Below are positions 46,050-56,702 of a stretch of DNA of 64,000 nucleotides, piece by piece (positions within the stretch are counted from its first letter, which is position 1; each line of letters begins with the position of its first letter). The position numbers and the translations under genes are program-made. The notes beneath the pieces are model-generated. The model was not told the origin of the DNA. It searched no databases and was given only the letters and a program-made list of their open reading frames with translations. Origin of the DNA: an uncultured Candidatus Entotheonella sp. (GTDB lineage: Bacteria > Tectomicrobia > Entotheonellia > Entotheonellales > Entotheonellaceae); assembly GCA_965215335.1 (NCBI GenBank), contig CBDCDA010000001.1, forward strand, positions 1,088,001 through 1,152,000. Reading direction: 5' to 3'.

Positions 46050-46299
46050 TACGATCTCCTTCTTGCAACCTGCAATTGCGAAGTGTCAACGACATTCGTC
46101 AACGAATGACTTGCGGGCGCAAACGTAGCCAACTTTTTTGGCCGTGTCAAGCGGCGTGTTGCAGCAGGGTTGCGGTGCAAGCGCGGCCCGAATGGCACAT
46201 GGTGATACAATAACCTCTCTCAAACCGCAGCGGCACGGCAGGCATGAAGCTGTCTGCGGGTGCCGAGGGCAACGGCACAAACGGAATCTCTCCATGGAG

Positions 46300-46700
46300 G
46301 TGGTGCATGCAATCCGAACCGCTGCTGGCGCTGCGCACCGACCTGATCGCCGAACTCGGCGAGAACCTGCCGGACACCTGGGAGGACGTGCACCGCATCG
46401 GCAAGAAGCTCAAGGCCAAGGGGCACCCGCCAGGAAAAATTCCTCACCGCCAGCCTCGGCTACAACCAGCCGTTCCTGAAGGCGTTCTCGAAGCACCCCA
46501 TTTATGCCTCGAACCCGAAATTCTACTTTGCGCCGTACATGTCGAGATACATTCACGCGGTGGGCCGGCCCGGCGTGCCAACGGCGGCGCAGGCCGTAGC
46601 GGATCAGTTCATCATTCCAGATGACGCGGCGGCACACGCGACGGGCCGTCTGACGGCGGAGAAGGCGGGGTTCCAGATCGAGAGAATCTGCCGCCGGCAC
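46300..46700 (+). pseudogene. Collapsed remnant of a sugar-type ABC substrate-binding protein
   Basis: RTDLIAELGENLPDTWEDVHRIGKKLKAKGHP joined out of frame to GYNQPFLKAFSKHP..NPKF..HAVGRPGVPTAAQAVADQFIIPD. Confidence 0.55.
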
Positions 46701-46749
46701 GCGTAGCGTGGACGAGCGGGGGCGGCGAGAAGGAGGATTGGCGGTCGGG

Positions 46750-47193
46750 CTACTCGGCCGCCTGCTCCTGCTGTCCTGGCTCGTTGGCGAGCAGGGTGTC
46801 AATTTGACGCTGCAATTCGCGGCTGGCTTCGACCAGCGCGCTCAGGGTGGCGGCCCGCTCCTCCTGAACGCTGATTCGTTTGAACAGCATGTCGTGCATC
46901 TGCGTGGCGAGCGCCGAGACGCTCTTGACACGGGATTCGAGGGAAATGAGACCATCCTCAAGACGTTTCAAGGCTCCCCGATTCGTCTGGATTTCCGGTT
47001 TGACGCCGGCGGTTTCGGCTGACAGTGCCCTGAAACGCTCGTCGAGGTCGGCCTGCAGGTCGGCGATCTTGCCGTTGAACCCGGCGTTCAGACAGAGGCC
47101 AGCGCCGAGCACGACGATGCAAACGACGACGAAGCCGATACCGCGGCTCCTGGATGGCTTGGCGTCCTGCATGAGATGCGCTCCTGTTTCCAT
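46750..47193 (-). CDS. Hypothetical membrane-anchored coiled-coil protein
   Basis: One TM (IGFVVVCIVVLGAGLCL) followed by heptad-like helices. Confidence 0.6.
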   Translation of the reverse strand: METGAHLMQDAKPSRSRGIGFVVVCIVVLGAGLCLNAGFNGKIADLQADLDERFRALSAETAGVKPEIQTNRGALKRLEDGLISLESRVKSVSALATQMHDMLFKRISVQEERAATLSALVEASRELQRQIDTLLANEPGQQEQAAE

Positions 47194-47286
47194 GCTGGGG
47201 TCGTGGTGTCGAGAACCAAAATGCGGGGCGCGACTATCACAGCCCCGTCAAGTCGTGTCAAGGCACGGGACGAGAGAGGGGAGAGC

Positions 47287-48105
47287 ATGGCGGGCGCGCC
47301 GCACCAAGGCAGGGTGGCCGGGACGCACTGGGACCCGAATCAGTACCTGAAATTTGCCGACCACCGCCTGCGTCCGGCGCTGGAATTGCTGGGCCGGGTG
47401 CCGCTTGTCGCGCCACGCGTGGTCTATGACCTGGGCTGCGGTTCCGGACACATCGCACGTCTGATGTCACGACAGTGGCCCTCGGCCGCTGTGTACGGTC
47501 TCGACCAATCCCCGGAAATGCTGGTCCAGGCCGCCGCCGAGCCGTCGTCGGTGCGCTGGCTGGAGGCCGATATCCGCGCCTGGGTGCCGCACGAGGCTCC
47601 CGACTTGATTTATTCCAACGCCACCCTGCAATGGCTCGACGGCCACTGCGACCTGTTGCCGCGTTTGATGGGCTACGTCAACCCCGGCGGCTACCTGGCC
47701 GTGCAGATGCCGCTGAGCTGGGACATGCCGTCGCACCGCCTGATGCGCCACGCCCTCGAGCACGGCGGACCCGACGGCACGCCGGTCGGCGACGCGGACG
47801 TACTGGCCGCGGTGCGGCGCAGATGGGTCCAAGACGCCGACGTTTACTACGACCTGCTGTCCCCGCTTGGGCAACGGCTCGACATCTGGGAAACGGCGTA
47901 TCTTCAGGTTTTGACCGGTGAGAACCCCGTGCTGGAGTGGGTCAAAGGCACCGGCTTGCGACCGGTTCTGAACGGTCTGGGCGAGGCCGACAGGCGGATG
48001 TTCCTCGAGGTGTACCAACAGGCGCTGCGCGACGCGTATCCGCGACGGCCGGGGGGGCAGACCCTGTACCCTTTCCGCCGTCTGTTCATCGTCGCGCAGG
48101 CATGA
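47287..48105 (+). CDS. tam: Trans-aconitate 2-methyltransferase
   Basis: WDPNQYLKFADHRLRPALELL, DLGCGSG, SNATLQW, WVKGTGLRP, FRRLFIVA. Confidence 0.88.
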   Translation: MAGAPHQGRVAGTHWDPNQYLKFADHRLRPALELLGRVPLVAPRVVYDLGCGSGHIARLMSRQWPSAAVYGLDQSPEMLVQAAAEPSSVRWLEADIRAWVPHEAPDLIYSNATLQWLDGHCDLLPRLMGYVNPGGYLAVQMPLSWDMPSHRLMRHALEHGGPDGTPVGDADVLAAVRRRWVQDADVYYDLLSPLGQRLDIWETAYLQVLTGENPVLEWVKGTGLRPVLNGLGEADRRMFLEVYQQALRDAYPRRPGGQTLYPFRRLFIVAQA

Positions 48106-48114
48106 GGCGGGGTG

Positions 48115-48540
48115 TCAGTTGCGCAGCAGGCCGTAGACTCGTTGCGGGCGCACCAGCACCCCCACCGCGCCCTGGGCCACCATGGCGCGGTCGTAATCTT
48201 CCCAGTCCGGATGCTCGTGGTCGCCGCAGGCGCGAAACATCTCACGGAACAAAACCCGCATCTTCTCGGCGTCGGTGTTGGCATAATCAAACAGTTCCAC
48301 TTCGCCTTCCACCGTCACCCAACTGCGCCAGTCTTTGGATACGGCGAGCACGGTGCAACGCGGGTCACGACGCAAGTTGCGCACCTTGGCGGATTTTCCG
48401 TACACCGCCACGAACACGGCCTGATCCTGGTACGCGCCGCAGTAAACGATGCTGTTCTGAGCGGCGCCATTGCGCTGGTGGGTGGTCACGACGCCCCAGT
48501 GATGACGTTCGAGAAACGGCCGGGCCTGCGCGAAATCCAT
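48115..48540 (-). CDS. PPOX-class (probably F420-dependent) oxidoreductase
   Basis: GVVTTHQRNG, AKVRNLRRDPR, WVTVEG, HPDWEDYDRAM. Confidence 0.82.
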   Translation of the reverse strand: MDFAQARPFLERHHWGVVTTHQRNGAAQNSIVYCGAYQDQAVFVAVYGKSAKVRNLRRDPRCTVLAVSKDWRSWVTVEGEVELFDYANTDAEKMRVLFREMFRACGDHEHPDWEDYDRAMVAQGAVGVLVRPQRVYGLLRN

Positions 48541-48571
48541 TCTGGCTCTCCTTGAAGATGCTGGTTGTTGG

Positions 48572-49714
48572 CTACGTGATGGCCCCGGCGGTGCGTAGCT
48601 GGTCAAGATCATCCTGAGAAAAGCCCCAATCCCGGAAGCCTTCCTCGGTGTGCTCGCCGGGTGCTGCCGGAGCGCTCCGGATGCGCGCCGGGGTGCGGCT
48701 GAAGCGCGGTGCGGGCGCCGGTTGTGTGACGCCGTCGACCTCGACGAACGTCTGACGGATGACGTTGTGGGGATGCCGGGGCGCTTCGTCGAGGTCGAGA
48801 ACCGGCGCAAAGCAGGCGTCCGTTCCTTCCAGGATGTCACACCACTGCTGGCGGGTTTTGGTGCGGAAGCGTTTCGCCAGACGCTCCTTCAGTTCAGGCC
48901 AGCGGTCGCGCGCCATCTGGGACGGCAGGTCGGCATCGGACAAGCCGAGGCGGCTCAGCAGGTCGGCGTAGAACCTGGCTTCGATAGCGGCGATGGAAAT
49001 GTACTTGCCGTCAGCGGTTTCGTAGGCGTCGTAGAAATGGGCGCCACCGTCCAGGAGGTTCTCGCCCCGGCGGTTGTCCAGCCGGCCGGCGGCATACATG
49101 CCATAGGTCGAGGCCATCAGCGACGCGGCGCCGTCCACCATGGCGGCGTCCACGACTTGCCCCTTGCCCGATGCGCGCGTTTCCAGAAGCGCCGCGACGA
49201 TGCCCAGCGCCAGATACAGCGCCCCACCGCCGAAATCGCCCACCAGATTGAGGGGCGGCGTTGGCGGCTGTCCCGGTCTGCCGATGGCATGCGCGGCGCC
49301 GGTCAGGCTGATATAGTTGATGTCGTGTCCGGCCGCCTGCGCCAGCGGGCCTTGCTGTCCCCACCCGGTCACGCGGCCAAAAACGAGTCGCGGGTTGCGC
49401 GCCAGGCACGTCTCGGGACCGAGCCCCAGCCGCTCCATGACACCGGGCCGGAAGCCCTCGATCAGCGCCTCCGCCTGATCCAGCAGGCGCCGCACGGCTT
49501 CCAGTCCCTGGGGATTCTTGAGGTCGACGGCAAGCGAGCGGCGGCTGCGTTCCATCACCGCGTAGCGCGGCGGCACCGGAATGCCCAGGTTGGACGGCTG
49601 CAGGCGGTCGACACGCAGAATCTCCGCGCCCATGTCGGCGAGCAGCATCGCGCACATGGGCGCCGGCCCGATGCCGCCGAATTCAATGATCTTCACCCCC
49701 TCAAGCGGTCCCAT
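48572..49714 (-). CDS. CaiB/BaiF class III CoA-transferase (alpha-methylacyl-CoA racemase-like)
   Basis: GIGPAP, EGFRPGVMERLGLGP, AGHDINY, DFGGG, NLLDGGAHFY, PAPAPRFSRT. Confidence 0.9.
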   Translation of the reverse strand: MGPLEGVKIIEFGGIGPAPMCAMLLADMGAEILRVDRLQPSNLGIPVPPRYAVMERSRRSLAVDLKNPQGLEAVRRLLDQAEALIEGFRPGVMERLGLGPETCLARNPRLVFGRVTGWGQQGPLAQAAGHDINYISLTGAAHAIGRPGQPPTPPLNLVGDFGGGALYLALGIVAALLETRASGKGQVVDAAMVDGAASLMASTYGMYAAGRLDNRRGENLLDGGAHFYDAYETADGKYISIAAIEARFYADLLSRLGLSDADLPSQMARDRWPELKERLAKRFRTKTRQQWCDILEGTDACFAPVLDLDEAPRHPHNVIRQTFVEVDGVTQPAPAPRFSRTPARIRSAPAAPGEHTEEGFRDWGFSQDDLDQLRTAGAIT

Positions 49715-49728
49715 TGGCTCTCCTTTAT

Positions 49729-50922
49729 TCAGGGTTTCGGAACACTGCGCGAGAGCCGTGAAACGCCCTTGGCCGGCCTCTGGGACGTCTTGGGGGCTCC
49801 TGGCTCGATGGCGCCGTTTTGCCCGTTGGGCGAGGGCTTCCTGTGGGGGCGACAGGATCGGAAAACCAGCGCCTGACGGTAAGCCGACGCGTACAGCGCA
49901 GTTTGCAGGGCGATGCCGGCAATCAACCACAACCGTTGGCGCGACACGGCAACGGCGATCAGCAAGCCTGGCAGGCAGAGACACCATAGAAGGACGCTGG
50001 TCATCGGATTAACAAACCGGGGCCGCCGTAGCGCCTTGCCGATCGGTTTGGCGAAAACGCGATACACCAACATGTGCAGATGCAATCCATCTGGCTGTAG
50101 TGGGTTACCTCTTCGACGAACGGTCTTCCGAAAAATCGAATACGTCGTTTCGGTTACCGGATAGGTGACGATGAGAAGGCTAAGCCAAGCCGACACCTCG
50201 GGATGACGCTCCGGCAGCATGACCGCCAGGCAGGCCAGCCACAATCCAGCCGCGTAGGCGCCACTGTCTCCCAGGAAAAGGCGACCGAACGGAAAATTAA
50301 ACACCAGGAAACCCAACAAGACGGCCATGACGACGACGGCGACCAGAAGGAGCGGGCCGTCCCCAACCGCAGCGGCAACAACGCCGAAGGCGCCAGTCAT
50401 GATGACGACGGAGCCTGACGCCAAGCCGTGGAATCCGTCAATGATGTTTATGGCATTCATCAGACCGGTCATGGCAAAGACCGTAAAAGCGACCGAGATG
50501 GATGGGTTCACAAGGTATTCGTCAGCAATCGGGAGTTCCAGACGCGTCACGCGGTAACCCGTGAGCAGGCAAAACGACAAGGCGGCTCCAGCCGTCGCCG
50601 CCAAGCGCAGAGCGGGGCACGTCTTTTTCCAGAGGTCCTCACTGAGGCCGGCAAAGAAGGCCATGGTGCCGCACAGGCCAAAGGCGACGAGCAGTTCCCG
50701 CGCGGGCGGCGGGGCGACAGGGACAGCCACCCAGAGGCCGAGGACCAACGCCGTGCCGCCGATACGCGGGGTGGCTTTGTCGTGGAATTTTTGGAGACCG
50801 GCATCCGTATCGAACGTGAGAGAGCCGTGCCACTTCTCGGTCAGCACGATCAGGCCGCAGACGGCGAGGCTGACGCCAAAACCGAGCCATGCCGAGAGAG
50901 GGACGTAAAGGAAACCGGGCAT
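49729..50922 (-). CDS. Glycosyltransferase family 4 (WecA/MraY-like polyprenyl-phosphate sugar-1-P transferase)
   Basis: QKFH..TPRIGG, NAINIIDGFHGLA, FLGDSGAY, PDGLHLH; many TM helices. Confidence 0.88.
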   Translation of the reverse strand: MPGFLYVPLSAWLGFGVSLAVCGLIVLTEKWHGSLTFDTDAGLQKFHDKATPRIGGTALVLGLWVAVPVAPPPARELLVAFGLCGTMAFFAGLSEDLWKKTCPALRLAATAGAALSFCLLTGYRVTRLELPIADEYLVNPSISVAFTVFAMTGLMNAINIIDGFHGLASGSVVIMTGAFGVVAAAVGDGPLLLVAVVVMAVLLGFLVFNFPFGRLFLGDSGAYAAGLWLACLAVMLPERHPEVSAWLSLLIVTYPVTETTYSIFRKTVRRRGNPLQPDGLHLHMLVYRVFAKPIGKALRRPRFVNPMTSVLLWCLCLPGLLIAVAVSRQRLWLIAGIALQTALYASAYRQALVFRSCRPHRKPSPNGQNGAIEPGAPKTSQRPAKGVSRLSRSVPKP

Positions 50923-51145
50923 CGCAAGCAGTTTTCCACATTGAAAATCAACGCTGGTGAGGCCGGGCGTTTCGCCGTGCCGTGAATATCTTTCGGGCAT
51001 CATACGTGCCGGAGCCGTTGCAGGCAAGGGCCATACGAAGCGTTTGACAAACCCAGGGGGTGAAAATACAGTTGCCCCCACGGCCTCTCGGCAGCATGCG
51101 ACACGACCCTTCCCCGAATCCAGTTGAGACCGTCCCTTGACCGAC

Positions 51146-52090
51146 ATGCCCGTTGGAACGGCGCCCGGACCGGAGGCGCAGGTGATGATCCGGGGGCGCG
51201 ATATCGTGAAGCGTTTCGGTTCCACGACCGCCGTGGACGGTGTGACGTTCGACGTCATGGAGGGCGCGACCTACGGTCTGCTGGGACCGAACGGCGCCGG
51301 CAAGACCACCCTGATGCGCCTGCTGAGCGCCCTGTCGCCGCTGAGCAGCGGCGAGCTCGTGGTGGCGGGACTCGACATCACGCGCCAGGGCCGGGCGGTG
51401 CGCGAGCGGCTCGGCGTGGTGACGCAGCAGGACGGCCTCGATACCGATCTGGCGGTGCGGCAGAATCTGGAAACGTACGGTTACGTCTCGGGCCTGTCGC
51501 GTCGCGAGTCGAGTCGGCGGGCTGCCGAGGTGCTGGCGTTCTTCGGATTGAGCGACCGGGCCGATGACGACGTCGATCACTTGTCCGGCGGCATGAGGCG
51601 CCGCCTGGCGATCGCCCGCGCCTTCATGATGGGACCCGACGTCATCATCCTCGACGAGCCCACCACCGGACTGGACCCGCAGGGCCGCAACCTCGTTTGG
51701 GAGAAGTTGGCCGCGCTGAAGGCGTCGGGCGTCACGATTCTGATGTCCACGCACTACATGGAAGAAGCGGCGACCTTGTGCGACCACATCGCCATCATGC
51801 ACCTGGGGCGGATTCTGGATGAGGGCACGCCGGACGCATTGATCGCGCGGCACGCCAGCGCCGAGGTGGCGCAGCTTCGCGTGGTGACGGAGGCGCGGGC
51901 CGAGGTTCGAGCCGCCCTGGCCGCGGCCGAATACGCCTGGCGCGAGGTGGGCACGATGATCCACGTTGCAGGCCGCAACGGCCAGCGCCCGCAGATGCCG
52001 CCGATGCGTGGCGTGCGCATCACCTACCGCCCGGGCAACCTGGAAGACGTATTTCTGGCGGTAGCGGGCAGGGGGCTCGGAGAGGCATGA
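51146..52090 (+). CDS. ABC-2 exporter ATP-binding protein (NodI-like)
   Basis: GPNGAGKTT, LSGGMRRRLAIAR, LDEPTTGLDPQ, THYMEEA. Confidence 0.88.
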   Translation: MPVGTAPGPEAQVMIRGRDIVKRFGSTTAVDGVTFDVMEGATYGLLGPNGAGKTTLMRLLSALSPLSSGELVVAGLDITRQGRAVRERLGVVTQQDGLDTDLAVRQNLETYGYVSGLSRRESSRRAAEVLAFFGLSDRADDDVDHLSGGMRRRLAIARAFMMGPDVIILDEPTTGLDPQGRNLVWEKLAALKASGVTILMSTHYMEEAATLCDHIAIMHLGRILDEGTPDALIARHASAEVAQLRVVTEARAEVRAALAAAEYAWREVGTMIHVAGRNGQRPQMPPMRGVRITYRPGNLEDVFLAVAGRGLGEA

Positions 52091-52878
52091 GGGCACAAGG
52101 CACCCGGATGGTTGCCGGTGTGCGGTGGCGCAGCGTGCAGGCGCTGTGGCTGCGGCACGCCGTGGCGCTCAAGCGTATCTGGAAGGTGGCGACGACCTGG
52201 TACCTGGTGGAACCGGCATTCGCACTGGTCGCGGTGGGGTTCGGCATCGGCCGCCTGGTGGACGAAGTCGAGGGCGGCATGCGCTACGCCGTTTTCGTAA
52301 CCCCCGGCATCATCATTGCCTCGGCCATGATTCACGCCATTTTCGAGTGCTCGTGGGCCGTTTTCTACCGCATCACCGGCGGGTTCTACGAGACCGTGCT
52401 GACCGCGCCCGTCACCGTGACCGAGCTGGCCCTGGGGGACGTGGCATGGGCGATGACCCGCGCGCTGCTGACGACCATTGCGGTGGGCTCGGTGGCCGTC
52501 GCGTTCGGCTGGATCACGTCGCCGTGGGCCGTCGGCATTCTGCTGGCGGCCCTGCTGGTCGGCATGGAGATCGGCGCGATCGGGCTGATCTTCGCGGCGT
52601 TGTCACCGAACACGCACACGCTTTCCCTGGTGTTCACGGTGGTGGCAACTCCGCTCTATTTCTTCAGCGGCTCGTTTTTTCCAATCGCCGTACTGCCCGA
52701 CGCCCTGGAACCCCTGGCCCGGGCACTGCCGCTGACGCCGGGCGTCCACATCGCGCAGGGCTTCGCCTGGGGCCAACTGGCGCTGACACATTTGTGGTCG
52801 GCGTTGTACATGGTGGGCCTCACGGCGGCGGTTCTGCCGGTTGCGGTATGGCTGTTGAAACGCCGGCTGGTGACGTGA
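52087..52878 (+). CDS. ABC-2 exporter permease (NodJ-like)
   Basis: About six TM, YAVFVTPG, FFSGSFFP, LPLTP; overlaps ATPase stop. Confidence 0.85.
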   Translation: MRAQGTRMVAGVRWRSVQALWLRHAVALKRIWKVATTWYLVEPAFALVAVGFGIGRLVDEVEGGMRYAVFVTPGIIIASAMIHAIFECSWAVFYRITGGFYETVLTAPVTVTELALGDVAWAMTRALLTTIAVGSVAVAFGWITSPWAVGILLAALLVGMEIGAIGLIFAALSPNTHTLSLVFTVVATPLYFFSGSFFPIAVLPDALEPLARALPLTPGVHIAQGFAWGQLALTHLWSALYMVGLTAAVLPVAVWLLKRRLVT

Positions 52879-52897
52879 AGGGGCATGGTCCGAAGCC

Positions 52898-54001
52898 TCA
52901 TGCGTTCATGGCGACAATGGCGCGCCCGACAATATCGCCGCGGTTGAGGGTGACGTAGGCTTCATCGGCCTGGTCGAGGGCGTAGCGGCGCGTGATGGGC
53001 TGCGAGACGCTCAACTGGCCGCGCGCCGCCATGCCGATGACTTCCGGCAGGTCGGTACGGACACGGCTGCCGTACGAGCCGAGGACCTGGATGCCGCGCC
53101 GCACCAGCCGGGTGATCTCGATGGCCGCCGTGGTGGTACCGGGTGCGACGCCGATGATCACCGCGCGGCCGCCGTCGCGGGTCATCAGGAAGGCGTTCTG
53201 CACGGTTTCCGGGCGTCCGAGCGCCTCGATGGCGATATCGGCGCCCTGGCCGTCGGTGAGGGCCGCCACCCCGGCGACCGGGTCGCCCTGCGCGGCGTTC
53301 ACCGTATGCGTGGCGCCAAGGCCGCGGGCCGCTTCCAGCTTGTCGTCCCGGACGTCCACGGCGATGACTTGTCCGGCGCCGAAAGCGCGGGCAATCTGGA
53401 TAACGTTGGAACCCACGCCGCCCGCGCCCACCACCGCCACGGTATCGCGGGGTTGCACCTGCGCCTGGTTCTTGACGGCGCCGTAGGCCGTCATCATGGC
53501 GCAGCCGATAATGCAGGCGTCCGGCAGGGGCACGCCAGTTGGTGCTGCAAACACGCCGGTAGCGGGCATCACGGCGTATTCGGCCAGGCCGCCCATGCTG
53601 TACATCGCCAGCTTCGAGCCGTCGGGCCGCCGCAGGCGGCTCTCGCCATCGTACAAGGTGCCCTGCAAGCGATTCATGGCGAAGAAGGTGGTGCACAGTT
53701 CGTCGCGGCCGCGCGCGCAGTAGTCGCAGAAGCCGCACGGCATGATGAAGCCGCACACCACGGGATCGCCCGGGCGCATGGTCGATACGTCGGGAGCCAC
53801 CTCTTCCACAATGCCGGAAACTTCATGACCCAGCACGCACGGCAGCGGGAAATGGACCTCGCCCTTGACGACGTGCAGGTCGGTGTGACAGACGCCGCAG
53901 GCGGCGACGCGGATCAGCACCTCGCCGGCCTTGGGCTGCGGGCGGGGAATGTCTTCGATTTGCAGGTGTCCGCCCACTTCCGAAAGGACGGCAGCTTTCA
54001 T
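52898..54001 (-). CDS. Zn-dependent alcohol dehydrogenase (MDR family)
   Basis: GVCHTD, GHE, CGFCDYC..C structural Zn site, GAGGVG. Confidence 0.9.
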   Translation of the reverse strand: MKAAVLSEVGGHLQIEDIPRPQPKAGEVLIRVAACGVCHTDLHVVKGEVHFPLPCVLGHEVSGIVEEVAPDVSTMRPGDPVVCGFIMPCGFCDYCARGRDELCTTFFAMNRLQGTLYDGESRLRRPDGSKLAMYSMGGLAEYAVMPATGVFAAPTGVPLPDACIIGCAMMTAYGAVKNQAQVQPRDTVAVVGAGGVGSNVIQIARAFGAGQVIAVDVRDDKLEAARGLGATHTVNAAQGDPVAGVAALTDGQGADIAIEALGRPETVQNAFLMTRDGGRAVIIGVAPGTTTAAIEITRLVRRGIQVLGSYGSRVRTDLPEVIGMAARGQLSVSQPITRRYALDQADEAYVTLNRGDIVGRAIVAMNA

Positions 54002-54047
54002 ACGCGGGATTCCTTCTCCGGTTCAGGATGGGTCGCTTGTCCGGTGA

Positions 54048-55484
54048 CTACCTTTCGGCCCAGTGCAGGTCAGGGGTCCGCTGGTGCCAGTCGGTGGCCT
54101 GCTCAAAGGCTTGGCCGACGCGCAACACCATCGCCTCGTCGCGCGGCTTGCCGTGGATCATGAGGCCGATGGGCAGCCCCTCGCCGGTGAAGCCGCAGGG
54201 CACGGTGAGGGCGCACAGGCCGAGCACGTTGGCCACGCGGGTATTGCGCGAGTAACGCAGGTTGAAGGGCGTGTAGGCGTCCAGCGAGGCATCCACCTCG
54301 CTGAGCGGCTTGGCGGGCAGCATGGTGGTCGGGGCGAGGAACACGTCGACGTCCTGAAGGGCGCGGGTAATGTTCCCCTGCAGGGTGGTGCAGGCGTGCA
54401 TGGCGCGCAGGTAATCGGCGGCGCGGAAGTCTTTGGCCGGGAGGATGCGGTGGGAGACCACCGGGTCGTATTCCTCGAAGCGCTCGCCCATGCGCTGCAG
54501 ATGGGCGAAGCAGGCTTCGGTGGCGCTGATGATGCCGCTCGGGTTGGCTTCCTGGGCGGCATCGGCTTCGGGCAGGGGCCGGCTTTCCACGTGTGCACCC
54601 TGATTGGCAAACACGTCGCCGCAAGCCCGCACGGCGCTGATGATCTCGGGGTCGGTATCGTCCCAGAAAACATTCTCGGCGAGGGCGATACGCAGGCCGC
54701 GCACCCCGTCGTGCAGGCCGCTCAGCACATCCTGGGGCGGGGCATCGCGGGTGGTGGAATCGTGCGTATCCGGGCCGCGCATGGCCTGATAGAGAAATGC
54801 GGCGTCTGCCACCGAGCGTACCAGGGGGCCGACTGAATCCAGCGTCCAGCTCAGGGGAAACACGCCGTGCCGGCTGACCTGGCCGACGGTTGTCTTGAGG
54901 CCGACCGTAGCGCACAGCGCTGCCGGAATGCGCACGGAGCCGCCCGTGTCGGTGCCCAGTGCGGCGGGCACGAGACCGCCCCCCACGGCAACGCCCGAGC
55001 CGCTGCTGGAGCCGCCGGGGACGTGGTGCGTGGCGTGCCAGGGGTTGTGGGGCGTGCCGTGATCGTGGTTGACGCCCGGCGCGCCGAGGGCGAACTGCAC
55101 CGTGTGGGTCTTGCCTAGCAGCACCATGCCGGCCTGGTTGAGGCGGCGTACCACGGTGGCGTCGGTATCGGCGATGGCATGTTCCAACAAAGGCGACCCG
55201 GCAGTAGTGGGCAGGCCCTGCACGTCGATGATGTCCTTGGCGGCGTATGGAATCCCATGCAGCGGCCCGGTGTCCCGACCGGCCCGCAGCGCCAGCTCGG
55301 CGGCCTGGGCGCCCGCCACGGCGCGTTCGCGCGGCACCAGGCGGAAAGCATGCAGGCGGTCATCGAGCGCCTCGACGCGATCGAGAAGGTGTTCCATCAA
55401 CTCGACGGGCGACAATCGACCGCTGTGAATTTGCTCCGACAACTGACGGATCGTCTGCCAGTGCAAGGGGGCTGCTGCTGCCAT
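54048..55484 (-). CDS. Amidase signature family protein
   Basis: PLHGIPYAAKD, GKT, PGGSSSGSG, GTDTGGSVRIPA, GLPIGL. Confidence 0.9.
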   Translation of the reverse strand: MAAAAPLHWQTIRQLSEQIHSGRLSPVELMEHLLDRVEALDDRLHAFRLVPRERAVAGAQAAELALRAGRDTGPLHGIPYAAKDIIDVQGLPTTAGSPLLEHAIADTDATVVRRLNQAGMVLLGKTHTVQFALGAPGVNHDHGTPHNPWHATHHVPGGSSSGSGVAVGGGLVPAALGTDTGGSVRIPAALCATVGLKTTVGQVSRHGVFPLSWTLDSVGPLVRSVADAAFLYQAMRGPDTHDSTTRDAPPQDVLSGLHDGVRGLRIALAENVFWDDTDPEIISAVRACGDVFANQGAHVESRPLPEADAAQEANPSGIISATEACFAHLQRMGERFEEYDPVVSHRILPAKDFRAADYLRAMHACTTLQGNITRALQDVDVFLAPTTMLPAKPLSEVDASLDAYTPFNLRYSRNTRVANVLGLCALTVPCGFTGEGLPIGLMIHGKPRDEAMVLRVGQAFEQATDWHQRTPDLHWAER

Positions 55485-55676
55485 TTGGGACCTTTCCATT
55501 GGGTTGTCCGGGGGGATTTGGGTGCGGGGATCAGGTCGGCGCATTCTATGGAAGCGGACGGGGTCGGTCAAGGTGGCGCAAGGGGGGGGCAGGCACCCAA
55601 CCATTTTGGGCGGCCTCGGTCGTTCGGCGGTCCGCGGCCCGTCGCCACGCAACAACGAAACCAAGGGAGATTCGGC

Positions 55677-56573
55677 ATGTCTCTGAGGCGCTCAGGGTTG
55701 CTCATAGGGTTGGGAATCAGCCTCACTTCGATGGCGTGGACGGAGAGCCACGCTCGACCGACGGTGTACGTCGTGAACTATCCGCTGCGGTATTTTGTCG
55801 AGCGGATCGGAGCCGAACGGGTGAGCGTGGTGTTCCCGGCTCCGGCTGACGAGGACCCGGCCTTCTGGAAACCGGATGTCGAAACGATTGCGGCCTTTCA
55901 GTCGGCAGATTTGATCCTCAGCAACGGAGCCATGTATGCCAGGTGGCTGCAAACCGCCTCGCTGCCGAAGTCCAAAATGATCAACACGTCCAGGCATTTC
56001 AAGGCGAACTATATCGAGGTCCGAGGCACGGGCACGCACAGCCACGGCCCGACCGGGGAGCACTCGCATGCCGGCATCGCGTTTACCACCTGGCTCGACT
56101 TTAGCCAGGCCGCGCAACAGGCCCAAGCGGTCATGGAGGCGTTGAGCCGCTTGCTGCCGGAACACAAGGACGCCTTTGAGAAACGGTACGCCGAACTCGA
56201 ACAAGATCTGCTGATTCTGGATGAGCGCCTCCACACGATGGTAGCCCAGCGGCGCACGCAACCCCTGCTTGCCTCCCACCCGGTTTATCAATACCTGGCC
56301 AGACGCTACGGCCTGAATCTTCAAAGCGTCTTGTGGGAGCCCGACGTGACGCCGGATGCCGGGCAGTGGAAGGAATTGCAGTCCATTGTGCAAGGCCATG
56401 CGGCCGCATGGATGCTGTGGGAAGGCGATCCCTTGCCGGCTTCGGTGGACGAGCTTCAGACCCTCGGGGTAAAGAGTCTGGTCTTCGATCCCTGCGGGAA
56501 TACCCCGGAGCAGGGCGATTTTCTGAGCGTCATGCAGCAGAACGTGGCGCGTCTCCGGCGAGCGTTCCAATAG
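55677..56573 (+). CDS. Metal ABC substrate-binding protein (ZnuA/cluster 9-like)
   Basis: Signal peptide, VVNYPL, DPAFW, NGAMY, THSHGPTGEHSH loop, TWLD, ASHPVYQY. Confidence 0.82.
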   Translation: MSLRRSGLLIGLGISLTSMAWTESHARPTVYVVNYPLRYFVERIGAERVSVVFPAPADEDPAFWKPDVETIAAFQSADLILSNGAMYARWLQTASLPKSKMINTSRHFKANYIEVRGTGTHSHGPTGEHSHAGIAFTTWLDFSQAAQQAQAVMEALSRLLPEHKDAFEKRYAELEQDLLILDERLHTMVAQRRTQPLLASHPVYQYLARRYGLNLQSVLWEPDVTPDAGQWKELQSIVQGHAAAWMLWEGDPLPASVDELQTLGVKSLVFDPCGNTPEQGDFLSVMQQNVARLRRAFQ

Positions 56574-56702
56574 CATGCCGCCGGTTTGCCGTCTCACCTC
56601 GCATTGACGAAGGGCGGTCGTCACAAGTAAGTTAACGCTGCAACCCTTACCGTCGTACGCCCAGGTGTTTTGTCCGGTCTCGACAAAGGAGGGCAGGACA
56701 GG

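Noticed and set aside
51146..52878. Nod-factor export (nodIJ)
   Set aside because: Generic ABC-2 pair; no nodABC or related genes
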